DNA of 64,000 nucleotides, taken from positions 62,001-126,000 of the forward strand of contig JAPMXV010000005.1 of assembly GCA_026936335.1 (NCBI GenBank). The letters are read 5' to 3'. The translations under genes were made by a program, and so were the position numbers. Positions 11,501-22,273 of this stretch are shown in pieces. This stretch comes from Mantamonas sphyraenae STR306 (taxonomy: Eukaryota > Protista > CRuMs). How positions within the stretch are numbered: the first letter of the stretch is position 1; each line of letters starts with the position of its first letter. The notes beneath the pieces are model-generated. The model saw only the letters and a list, made by a program, of their open reading frames with translations. It was not told the DNA's origin and made no database searches.

Positions 11501-12056
11501 GGGCCAGGCTGGCGGCTACGCAGCCAGTGTGGGCGATGCAAGCAGCCGTCACAGCTCCAACATCTCTCACATCGGGTCGACGCTGCACCGTCGCGTGGGA
11601 CGCCCCTCGGTGGCCGGCGCCGTGCAGAAGGCCAAGATTGCAGCCATCTCGGGTTCGTTTGCCAACGACCTGAGCAGCAGCAGCCGCCGCAAGTCGAGCA
11701 TGCGCTCGGACGGCGGCAACGGAGCCATGATTTCCGAAGCAGCCATGGAGGAGGTGCGCAAGGATGTGGCCATCGTGCTGCAGGAGCTGCGTGACCTGAA
11801 GGTGACGTTTGTGGCCGCGGTGATTGGAAAGAACGCAAGCCAATCGTCCACGCGCGAGATGCCCTGCCTGCTTGACGAGGTGCGTCACCTGGACCGCTCC
11901 ATCATGGAGATCAAGGTGCAGAACAACAAGACGGTGGACTCGATGGACGTGGCCACCCGTTCGACCAACGACGTGCTCAAGGAGCTGCGTACGCTGCGCA
12001 GCAAGCTGGCCGAGGTGGAGAGCAAGGTGGGCGGCGGCATGGGCTTTGCACTGTAA
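8576..12056 (+). CDS. Predicted fusion: 2-TM ENaC/DEG/PAC-like module plus single-domain 6-TM cation channel plus coiled coil (993 aa)
   Basis: Exons 8576-9575, 9718-9937, 10185-10283, 10394-12056 joined by GT..CACAG introns with matching phases (1,2,2). Ion_trans segments: FFLDGWNMLNVLVI (S3), FLRFMRFLLK (S4), MFALLATQLFG (S5), WLFFVLYYVVTVFIAFNMFAAVVVDAM (S6). Confidence 0.75.
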
Positions 12057-12163
12057 TTGAGAGAGTGAGTGAGGAGTGAGGTGGAAACGACGACGACTTG
12101 TGGAGGAGACGGCGGCCCGCCGTGGCGAGCATAAAAACCCCAACAATCCAACAACTCTCGACG

Positions 12164-14109
12164 ATGCAGAAAGTCTTGGCACTGACCCTTCTGCTGGTGG
12201 CAGTGGTGGGCCTTGCGTCCGCCAGCGCCGAGCTGAAGAACAAGAAGCACTACTCCACGGAAAGTGAGATGCAGGCGTTGTTCAAGGAGTTTGAGTCCAA
12301 GTACGGCAAGGAGTACGAACACGACCAGGCTCGCCAGAACCGCTTTGAGGTGTTCAAGGTAAGGCGGAACGGGGGAAAGGAGCGAGGGAAGGATGATTGG
12401 GGCAGGTGGGGAAGGTGGCGCGTGTGCGAGGCTGACGCCGGACGTGTGCCCCCATGGCCTTTTTTTCCGGGCCGACCTTGTGTTTCTCGTTTTCTCGCAG
12501 AACAACCTGAAGAAGATCGACATGATGAACAAGGCGGACCCCAGCGGTGTGTACTCTGTGAACGAGTTTACGGATCTGACCGAGGAGGAGTTCCAGCGTC
12601 TTCGCCAGAGCAACTACGCCGAGGTCAGTTGAGGGAAGGGAGGGCCGCGCCGGACGCAATGGCGCTGCTTTTGGCGTACGCGTGGACACAAAAGCGCGTG
12701 AACAGGGGCGCACAGCACTCTGACACAGACAATGGACGCACGCACAGGCCGAGAACCTTATGAACGGCCAGGAGACGCAGGACGTGACCAGCGTGGACTC
12801 GAGCCTGGAGCTGTCTGACGACGACCTGGTTCCCGAGGCATCCGAGGTTGAAGATGGAACCGAGGAGTACGAGTGGGACTTTGACGACGACGTGGCCGAG
12901 AACGACTCGGAGATCTCCGACGAGCAGGACGCAAGCGAGGAGGTGGGCGACCGCGACACCGACGGCTACACGGACGAGTTTGAGAAGTTTGTCCATCTGG
13001 GCGACGAAGTCAAGGCCCCGGCCAACTTTGATTGGCGTGACCAGAAGGCTGTGACCCACCCCAAGAACCAGCTGCACTGCGGTTCCTGCTGGTAAGTGTC
13101 CTTTCCTCACCCTGCCTCCCTTGCCACTGCCTCTCCGCCCGTCTGCCTCCTGCACGCGCGGCATGTGTGTCCAGGGAGAGTTTTTCCACCTTGCCTTTTT
13201 CGCGGCGTCCACTTTCCCGCATGCCACGTGGCGCCTGTGCGTCCATGCCACCTCGACGTGCGCACACGTCCTCTCGGCCGCACGTGCAAAGGATTACACC
13301 TATGCATTGCCGTTCAAGGGTCCTGGCTACGACACAGGGACGCCTCGTTGCAATCGAGTGTGCGCCCGTTTTTTTTCGGCTTTGGATTTTTCCCGCTTGC
13401 TCGCCCCCCCCCTCGTTCCTCGCAAAAAACTGACGCGGGCCGTGGACGGATGTGTGTGTGTGTTCACAGGGCCTTTGCTGCCGTGGGTAACCTGGAAGGT
13501 CTGATGAAGATTCACCAGGGCAAGCTGCAGTCGCTTTCTGAGCAGAACCTGGTCGATTGCGACCACGAGAACCACGGCTGCCACGGCGGTATCCCGTCGC
13601 GCGCGTTCAAGTTTGTGATCAAGAAGGGTGGTCTGATCAAGGAGGACGCCTACCCGTACAAGGCCTCGGTGGGCCAGTGCCAGATGAAGCCTGCGGGCCT
13701 GGTCGCTGGTGCCGACAAGGATCTGCGCGACGGCGTGGACGTGGACGACCGCGACGTCGACTACGGACCCAACTTTGTCAAGGTCAACGTCAAGGGCTGG
13801 ACCAAGGTGCCCCAGAACGAGGACGCCATGGTCAAGTACCTGTACAAGCACGGCCCTCTCGCCGCCGCCATGCACGGCCACGGCTGGCTGCACTTCTACC
13901 ACAGCGGCATCGCTAACCCGCCCAACTGCCCCATGAACCTCACCCACGGTATTGTCATCGTCGGCTACGGTGTGGAGAACGGCAAGAAGTACTGGGTCAT
14001 CAAGAACAGCTGGGGCCCGCTGTACGGCGAGAAGGGTTTCTTCCGCCTTGCCCGCGGCAGCAACGTGTGCAACATCAGCAAGATGGTGTCCACCGCCCTC
14101 GTCGCCTAA
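12164..14109 (+). CDS. Papain-family (C1A) cysteine protease with signal peptide and I29 propeptide
   Basis: Exons 12164-12358, 12501-12623, 12748-13091, 13470-14109. ERFNIN-like RFEVFKNN, VNEFTDLTEEEF, FDWRD, catalytic QLHCGSCW/AF, LTHGIVIVGYG, WVIKNSWG. Confidence 0.95.
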
Positions 14110-14177
14110 GCGCACGTGGTGTCAACCAAGTGAGCACGCAAAAAGAAAAAACTCAAATCCTTTTGTCAGTCCTTTTG

Positions 14178-17100
14178 TCAGTCCTCCTCTCCCTCCTCCT
14201 CATCCCCCTCTTCCTTCTTTTTCTTCTTCTTCTTCTTTTTCTTCACCTTGCGCTTCTTCTTCTCCTTGTCACCCCCGTTGCCGTCATCACCCGCCGGTGC
14301 CGCCTCGTCTTCCTCCTCCCCGTCTCCCCCGTCTCCTTTCCTGTTCGCACTCTGCACCTCCTCCACCGCCTCTCCACCCCCCACTCCTCCTTTTGCCTCT
14401 TCTTCTGTCCCTTCCACCTCGCCCCGTTTCCCGCTCTCCTCATCGCCGTCCTCCTTCGCCTTGACCTTTTTCTTCTTCACCTTCTTCTTCACCCGCTTCT
14501 TCACCCGCTTCTTGTCTCCTCCCTCCTCATCCTCGCCCTCCTTTTCCTCCTCTTCCACCTGCTTCTCATCCTTTTCCTGTCCCTTCTCCACTTCCTCCTC
14601 GCCACTCTCTTTCTGAGACCCGGCCTCTTGTTCCTCTTCCTCCTCTGCACGTTCTTCCCCTCCGCTCCCCTCAACCTCGTTGTCCTCCTCCTCATCCTCC
14701 TCATCCCTCTCATCCTTGCCTCCATCCACGCGCTCCCCAAGCTCCTTTCGCGTGCGGTGGCCTCGAAATACGCTCTGCACCTTGACCGCCGCCTGTTCCA
14801 TCTCTGCGCTCTCCTCCTCCTGCTTGTTCACCTCCTCCCGCCTTCGCTTGGCCTCTTCCCGTCCCTGCTTGCCTCGGAACATGCTCTGCAGCTTCTTGGC
14901 TGCCACCTCCCGCTTCGCCTGTTCCCGCTCAGCATGCTGCTCCTGCGAGTTTGGTTCGTCTCTGTCCATATCCTCCACCACGATCTGCAAGCCACCCCCC
15001 TGGTCCTCCTCCGTTTCCTCCTGTACCGCCGCCGCTGCTGCTGCTGCCGCCGCTGCTGCTTCTTGCTTCGCCTCCAGCGCCCGCTTGCGGTCTTCAAGTG
15101 CACGCAGCTGCTCGTCCAGCGATGCCAACGATTCGTCCACATCCTCATCTTCCGCATGGGGATGACCTCCCTCGCTGCTTTCGTTTCTCACATGCTCTTC
15201 GTTCTCCTCCTCCTCTTCCTCCTCCTCTTCCTCCTCCTTCCTCTGCTTCCTCCGCTTCCATACGCGCTCGCGCCTCGTCCTCTTCAAACTGCCGCGCCAG
15301 ACGCATGTCCTCCAACTGCAGATCCACCTCCCGCTCCAGCATTTCCCGCTCCATTTCCATCTCAAAGTCGCGTTGTCGCCTCGCTGCTGCTGCTGCACGG
15401 CGCTTCGACGGCGACGCCACGTGCACACCTCCCGGCTCGCTTCGTACCACCTGCCGGCCCCGGTTGTCCGGGTACAGCGGGTTCCCCATTGGCCCTGGAT
15501 TGTATGCATACGATGTCTGCTGGTACTCGTCCCCGATGCTGGTGTCAAAGCTGCTCATGGTGTCCTCTGTCCACCAAGACTCGCGTGTGCTGCTGCGCTG
15601 CCGTCCTGGCGGCGAATCGTGCACCTTCATCACCTGCGCTCCGTGCACACTGCTAAAGCTGCCGTTGCCCACCAACGACGACCGCAACCCTTCGCCTCCA
15701 TCCATGCTGTACCGTCCCCCCACGGGTGCAGACGGACGCTGCTGCTGCTGCTGCACGGACGTCATTTGCCCCTGGTAGCCGTAGCCATGTGCGTACGGTT
15801 GTTGCTTCTGCGGTGTCGACGACGACGTATGCACTCCGTAGAAGCCTGCGTGATGGCCGGCGTCGCTCATGTACGACGATTCGTGATCCTGCGCAGCCGC
15901 ATACCCCTCGGGGTCAAATCGGCTTGACGCAGAGATGTCATTGACGCTGCGTTGCAGACGTTTGCGTGCGTCGCGCTGCCTCTTGACCCAGTCTGCTTCC
16001 TGCCATCCTCCCACATCGCCGCTGCCGCTTCCGCCCATTTGCTCCTTCTCATTGCTGCGTCCTGTCACGCGCCACTGCAACACGCACTTGTCGTTGCCTC
16101 CCGTGCTCAACACGTGCTGTCCGTCACCGCTCACGGCCACGTTTGTCACGTGAGAGCTGTGCCCTCGGTACCTGCGCACGAGCTCGTTCTGCCGCACAGG
16201 GAACGGATACGGCATCAACGACACCATACCAAAGTCATCGGCGGCAAGCAACATGGACTTGTCTGCGCTCCTTGCTGCCGCGTTCACGTCGCTTCCGTCC
16301 GCACCCTTCGGCCAGATTCCCTGGACGGGCCAACCGATGATGCACGTCCACGTGTCCCACTCGATGTCCTTCATCACAGACGAAGACGGTACCTGTCGCA
16401 TCGATGATACCTCAACTACAGCACGTTTTCCGCACGCGTACAGAGTGTCAGTCTCCCCCCACTCATCCCTCTCCACTCATTCAACTCACAGTACAGCAGC
16501 TCCCGGCTCGCACAGTTGCTCTGGATGTACACACTGTCCGCACTCCAATCCAAATGGGTCACTGCGCTCGCGTGCCCCTTGAGCATGCCGACCCACTGGT
16601 ACGACTGCGAGACGTCGTACAAATCGATCACCTGGTCATGGGAACCCACGGCAAGGTACTGGCCATCCGGTGAGTACCGCACCACGGTGATGCGGCACTC
16701 ACGGTGTTTAAACCGGTACACCTGCTGCAGCATCTCGCTCTCCAGCACATACACCGTGCCGTCGTCCGAACCCACCGCAAGCACGTCGCCGTCGGGAGCA
16801 AACGCAACGCAACGCGCTCCGCTCTCAAGCGTACACACCTGCAGCGTCTTGCGAAACGGAGCATGCCACACGCGCACGCTTGCGTCGTCGCCCACCGTGG
16901 CAAACATCGAAAACTCTCGGTGGCTTGCAAGTCCCCACAGCTCTCCACGCGCGTGTCCTTGCACCACAATCGACGCGCTGCCTTGGGCCTCGTCAATTTC
17001 CACGATCTCGTTTGCGCGCGTGCCCACGACCACTCGCTCACCACTCGTGGCGATGGCTCGCACACACACCGAGTTGCGCTGCTTCTCGGTTCCCTCACCG

Positions 17101-19507
17101 CCCACTCCCGCGCCCATGCTGTCCTCCACGTAGATGTTCGGCTCCGGATGGTTGCTCAGCAAGAATTGCAGGTCAATCACCTTGATGGGACGCAGCAGAA
17201 AGTTCCAAAACACAAGCTTCCCGCCCTTGCCTCCCGAGATCAGGCCGTCCACCGTCGGCGCAAGCGCATACACGGGTCCCTCAAGCAGGTGGCGATACTT
17301 GCTCTCCACTGTGGCGTTCAGATTCGAGCCAACCCACTTGTAGATGTCTCCATTGCCTGTGCCTGTGAACGTGATGCCGTTGAACGCAGAGCGGCTGTTG
17401 CCGCCCACTTCGTTCCGATCGTCGTACAGCAGGTGGCCCTGCTGCATGCTCGGAAATGCAATGCACAGCAGATCTTGGATCGAACCCACACGCCCAAACA
17501 CACCCTTGCGTGCCTTGAGCATGTGCGACCCGTCCCGTTCGTGTGTTTGCAGCGTCCAGAACTTGACGTGCTTCTTGCCACACGTCACCACACCTCCGCT
17601 CTGCGGATCAAACTTGACCGCAAACACGCGATCTGTCGAGCTTTTGGTGCTGGCCAGCACCTCTTCCTTTGCCCAATCCCACACTGCAAGCGTGTTGTCG
17701 ACGTCCGACGCCACGCTCGCCAGCCTCTTGCCATTTGTGGAGAACGCCAGGCACGAGATGCCCGAGCGGTGGTGTCCACGCAACGTGCCCTTCAGCGACC
17801 CTGTACTCGCCTCCCAGATGCACACGTACGGCTTGGCGCCTGTTTGACCCGTCGCCACAATGTCCAGGTACGGGTGGTACGCCAGGCATGTCACGTCGTC
17901 AAAGTGCCCTGTGAAGAACTGCTGCTGCTGGCTCTCCGTGTCCAGAATCACCCCCAGTTGCGCGGCATGGTAGACCAGGTTGCCCACTCGGTTGATAAAC
18001 ACATTGTCGCGTGCGTCAAACCCGCGGTAACCGTACACGTACTCCAGCTCCAGATCCCCTCCAGGCTCTGGTCCTCTGCATCTCCTTCGCGCCAGCTCGA
18101 CGGTGCAACCAATGTTCCTGTGGCGCTCCTGCCCACCATGGCGTTGTTGTTGTTGGCCCCCGCCCCACTGCTGCTGCTGCTCGCTCCTCCGCCGCTGCCT
18201 GTATCGCTGGACTTGCTGCCCAGTCCATTTCCTCCATGCTTGCGACTCACACGCAGTGCATTGCGAGACGACCGCTTGTTGGGGGACGACGACGACGACG
18301 AATCAGCAGCCTGCGCAAACTGCTGGTTCAGCGATCGCGATGGGGACGGAGACATGCCAGAGCCGCCTCCTTTCCTGATCTCTCTTTCGTTGGGAGTGTC
18401 CATGTACACAACACCACCGTTGGCACTGTTACGCAGAGGGCTCGCCTTGTCTGCACTCCAAGCCGTCTTGCTGCCGCTCTTGCGCTTGCCTTTGGGCCCA
18501 CCTGAGCCCGCCAACGACGTGCGCACACCGCCCTTGCTCCTTTGCGACGCAGGCGTGCCTCCGTTGTTTGCTGCGTACGAGTCTGTCGACGACGGTCGTG
18601 TTTGCTCGTTCAACGGACGCAGCTTGCTCCTCTTCTTCCGCTTGCCATTGCTTCCTGTGCCTCCTTGAGCCCACTCATCGCCGCCTCCCGTACGCCCCTG
18701 TGTGTCGGATTCCCCTCCGTTGCTCTCTCGTGTCCCACGTGTCCCTCCAGAACCGCCCTGGCCCAGCGCCTCGCGCAGCTTTGCGATTTCCTTGTCCTTC
18801 TCGTCGCCCAGCAGCCGCAGCCTTGTTTCAAGCAGCTGGATGCGTTTGTTGCGTTCCCGAATGATCACATCCTTTCGTGCCAACATGCTCTTCAGTCTGG
18901 CCACCTGTGCGCTGTCTCCCTGCTGCGTGCGCGTGTCTACGTTGTCGCTCACGCTCGCCGTCAACCGTTGCTTCCCGCCGCCCATCCCGCTCTCCTCTCC
19001 GTCGTCTTCCTCGTACAGCGCCACCGTCTCCTGTTGTCCGTACTGGCCCTTTCCACTGTGCATCGTCACTCGACGCACGCTCTCGCTCCTTCCCTGGCCG
19101 TACCCGTGCTGCTGCGTGCCTCCCTCCTGAGTCCATCCGCCGCCACCGCCCATGCCAGCTCCACTTGCTGGGCCGCCGTATCCGTCGCCACCGGCCCCTC
19201 CTCCGTATCCTCCGCCTGACCATCCGCCTCCACTGGCCATTCCTTCGTGTCCATAACCGTATCCGTGCTGGGACGGCCCATACTGGCCCTGCACGTGTCC
19301 ATTCTTGGGCTGAGCCCAGCCTTGTCCATAGCTCTGCTGCGATTGCACGTAGTACCCGCCTTGCTGGTTCTGTCCATAGGCCATGTGTCCACCATAAAAC
19401 CTCTGTTGCTGCTGTGCTTGCTGCTGTCGCTGTCCCATGTCTTCTTCATCCTCGTCAAACAGCGAGTGGACCGACTCGTGCACGACCACGCGGTTCCCCC
19501 GATGCAT
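14178..19507 (-). CDS. EML: Echinoderm microtubule-associated protein-like (coiled coil, HELP motif, WD40/TAPE) with C-terminal IQ motifs; two apparent frameshifts
   Basis: HELP motif LELEYVYGYRGFDARDNV; WD40 repeats; WDTWTCIIGWPVQGIWP; YRGHSSHVTNV. Intron 16489-16416. Frame breaks at about 18056-18059 and about 15237 without splice sites. IQ motifs LQSMFRGKQGR and VQSVFRGHRTR. Confidence 0.85.
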
Positions 19508-19678
19508 TGAGTCCTTGCTTTGCACCGACCCGCGCGCCTCTTCACCATGTTTGACCACACCCACACCACACCATCATCCACACAGTCCCTGACCCACGCC
19601 GCCTGCTCTTCATGCCACTCCCTCACCTTCCGGTACTGTGTCGCCGCCCAACCATCCAACCCATCACATCACGCACAC

Positions 19679-20376
19679 ATGAGCTATCAGGTGCGCTTAT
19701 TCATCCCGATTCCAGGCTCCCATTTGCACAACAATTCCGCTGACACCTTCCCGTGCACACACACCCTGCGTGCTCTGCCTGCACCACACGTCAGGCTTCT
19801 GATTCCAAGAAGGAGGAGTACCGAAAGTACCTGGAGCGCAGCGGTGTCATTGACGCCCTCACCAAGGGTACGTGTGCCCATACGCCATCCACCCTGCCCA
19901 TCCACTGCCCATCCACGCCTCCCATGCCCTCCCTTGTCCCTCCTCTTCCCTTCTGCCTTGTCTTTGTGCCTCCCTGCTTTTTCCAGCCGTTGCTCACGCG
20001 CGTTTCCTGACCCCTCTCCCGCCCCCCCTCCCCGTCGCCTCTGTGGCCTCTTCTCACCCTCCTTCTCCCGCCACACAGTGCTGGTCGGCCTGTATGAAGA
20101 GCCCGAGAAGCCCAACAACGGCCTGGAGTACGTTATCCATCTCCCTCGGCTCTCCCGGCCCCTGCGCAATTCCGACCGTTCCCCTCTCGCTCTCGCTAAC
20201 CGCCCTGTACCTTGCCCCTTGTCCTCGCCCACCCCAGTTTCATTAAGCAGTATCTCGGAGCACCCACAGATGTGGACATCGATGCCCTCAAGGCCGAGAA
20301 CGAGTCCCTCAAGAAGCAGGTCGCCGAGCTCAAGGAGAAGCTCGCTGCTGCAGAGGAAGGCGTCGAGGACGAGTAA
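19679..20376 (+). CDS. MYCBP: c-Myc-binding protein homologue (AMY-1)
   Basis: Exons 19679-19690, 19795-19867, 20079-20127, 20238-20376 give MSYQASDSKKEEYRKYLERSGVIDALTKVLVGLYEEPEKPNNGLDFIKQYLG followed by a coiled coil. Confidence 0.93.
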
Positions 20377-20400
20377 ACACACACACACACACACACGCAC
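20377..20400. repeat. (CA)n microsatellite
   Basis: acacacacacacac run directly after the MYCBP stop. Confidence 0.85.
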
Positions 20401-20528
20401 AAAACCCCTTGTGTTCCACACTGTCCCCCCTCTTCCAACCCTCTCCCTCGTCTCAACCTTGTCTTGTCCTCTCTGCGCCGGCCTGGCCACCCCCGTTTCC
20501 TCAGTCTTCGGTCCAGCGAAACCCCCCC

Positions 20529-22229
20529 ATGTCCTCCAACTCGGGCTCCACCCCGCCAACAAGTGCCACCAACCCACACATCTTTGTCCTTGGCGCTGCC
20601 GCCGTTGCTGCCTTCTCTGCCCTCTACTACTACAGCAAGAGCAGCAGCAGCAGCAGCAGCAAAGGCAAAGGCAACGCCGGCAGCACCGCCTCCTCTTCCA
20701 CAGCCTCGTCATCTTCTTCCTCTTCCGCCGACGTCAACACAAGCACCACGTCCACACACACTGCCTCGGGGATTGTGCGCGACACCCAACACCGCCTCAC
20801 GGTGTTCAAGGCCCACATTGTCAACCCGGTGTCTGTGGAACAGGTCGACCTGATTGAGCATGGCATCCTCGGCGTCGATTCCCTCTCCGGCCAGATTCTC
20901 TTTATCGGCGACTTTGACGAGGACCTCGAAGCACTCCAGGAGGAGTTCAACTTTGACCTCCACGACACCGACAACGTACTCTTTGTCGACCTCCACACAA
21001 AGTTTCTCGTGCCCGGCTTTGTCGACACACATGCCCACGCGCCCCAGTACGTCAACTGCGGCACCGGCGGCGATGAGGAACTGCTTGAGTGGCTCAACAA
21101 GTACACTTTCAAGGCAGAGTCGCGCTGCAGGGACACCCACTATGCCCACCGTGTCTACGACCGCACCGTCAAGCGCACCCTCCGCAACGGAACAACCACC
21201 ATTGCCTACTACGGCACCATCCACACAGATGCCACCCTTGTCCTTGCAAAGATCTGTGCTGAGCGTGGCCAGCGTGCCCTTGTCGGCAAGGTCTGCCAGG
21301 ACCAAAACACCCCCACCTACTACATCGAACCCTCCACAGAGGCCAGTCTCAAGGAGACCGAGCGTTTTGTCCACGAGATGCACCTCCGCTACTCCGCCGA
21401 CGGTCTCGTCAAGCCCATCATCACCCCGCGCTTTGCCATCAGCTGCTCTATCCGCGAGATGAAGGGCCTCGCAAGCATTGCCCACCTCCACGACCTGCAC
21501 ATCCAGACACATCTCTCCGAAAACCACGGCGAGATCGAGTACGTCCACGAGCTCTTCCCCAACCAGGAAAACTACACCGCCGTCTACGACCACTGCCAGC
21601 TCCTCACCGACAAAACCGTCCTTGCTCACTGCATCCACCTCAGCGACGACGAACTTGAGCTCATCCACCTCCGTGGCTCCTCCATTGCACACTGCCCTTC
21701 CAGCAACTTCCAGCTCGAATCTGGTGTCCTCGACCTTCACCGCATTCTCGACAAGGACGTCAAGGTCGGGCTCGGCACAGACATCTCTGGCGGCCCTGGG
21801 CCCTCCATGCTCTCCGCCATCCGCCAGGGCATCATTGCCAGCAAGACTTGCCGTGTTCAGGCCCTCGAGCAGCGCCGCAAGGCCCACGAGGACCATCCTC
21901 TCGACGACACCAGCGCCGCTTCCTCCTTCCACGTTCGCCGAAAGGTGCCCGAGGCCCCCGTCCCCGTGGCTCTCGACTACAAGCAGATGTTCTTCCTTGC
22001 CACCCTCGGCGGTGCTCAAGCCCTCGCCATGGATGATGTCATTGGCTCCTTTGAGCCCCACAAGGAGTTTGATGCCCTTGTCATTGACCCCTTTGCGGAC
22101 GATTCCCCCTTTGACGTCTTTGACAAGGACGAGCTCTGGGACATTTTCCAGAAGTTCCTTATGCTCGGCGACGACCGCAACATTGAGCAGGTGTACGTCC
22201 GTGGTCTCCGTGTTGTTGGTGAGCAATGA
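20529..22229 (+). CDS. GDA: Guanine deaminase (amidohydrolase) with N-terminal hydrophobic anchor
   Basis: PGFVDTHAHAPQY, LLEWLNKYTF, GTTTIAYY, ITPRFAISCS, IQTHLSEN, AHCIHL, GLGTDISGG, GDDRNIEQVYV. Confidence 0.93.
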   Translation: MSSNSGSTPPTSATNPHIFVLGAAAVAAFSALYYYSKSSSSSSSKGKGNAGSTASSSTASSSSSSSADVNTSTTSTHTASGIVRDTQHRLTVFKAHIVNPVSVEQVDLIEHGILGVDSLSGQILFIGDFDEDLEALQEEFNFDLHDTDNVLFVDLHTKFLVPGFVDTHAHAPQYVNCGTGGDEELLEWLNKYTFKAESRCRDTHYAHRVYDRTVKRTLRNGTTTIAYYGTIHTDATLVLAKICAERGQRALVGKVCQDQNTPTYYIEPSTEASLKETERFVHEMHLRYSADGLVKPIITPRFAISCSIREMKGLASIAHLHDLHIQTHLSENHGEIEYVHELFPNQENYTAVYDHCQLLTDKTVLAHCIHLSDDELELIHLRGSSIAHCPSSNFQLESGVLDLHRILDKDVKVGLGTDISGGPGPSMLSAIRQGIIASKTCRVQALEQRRKAHEDHPLDDTSAASSFHVRRKVPEAPVPVALDYKQMFFLATLGGAQALAMDDVIGSFEPHKEFDALVIDPFADDSPFDVFDKDELWDIFQKFLMLGDDRNIEQVYVRGLRVVGEQ

Positions 22230-22273
22230 AATGAGGATTTGCACAGCACTGCAGCAGCACCAACCAAACTCCA

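Noticed and set aside
15145-18065. Alternative genetic code or stop readthrough to explain broken ORFs
   Set aside because: Breaks are resolved by canonical introns or single-base frame changes; TAA, TAG and TGA all serve as real stops.
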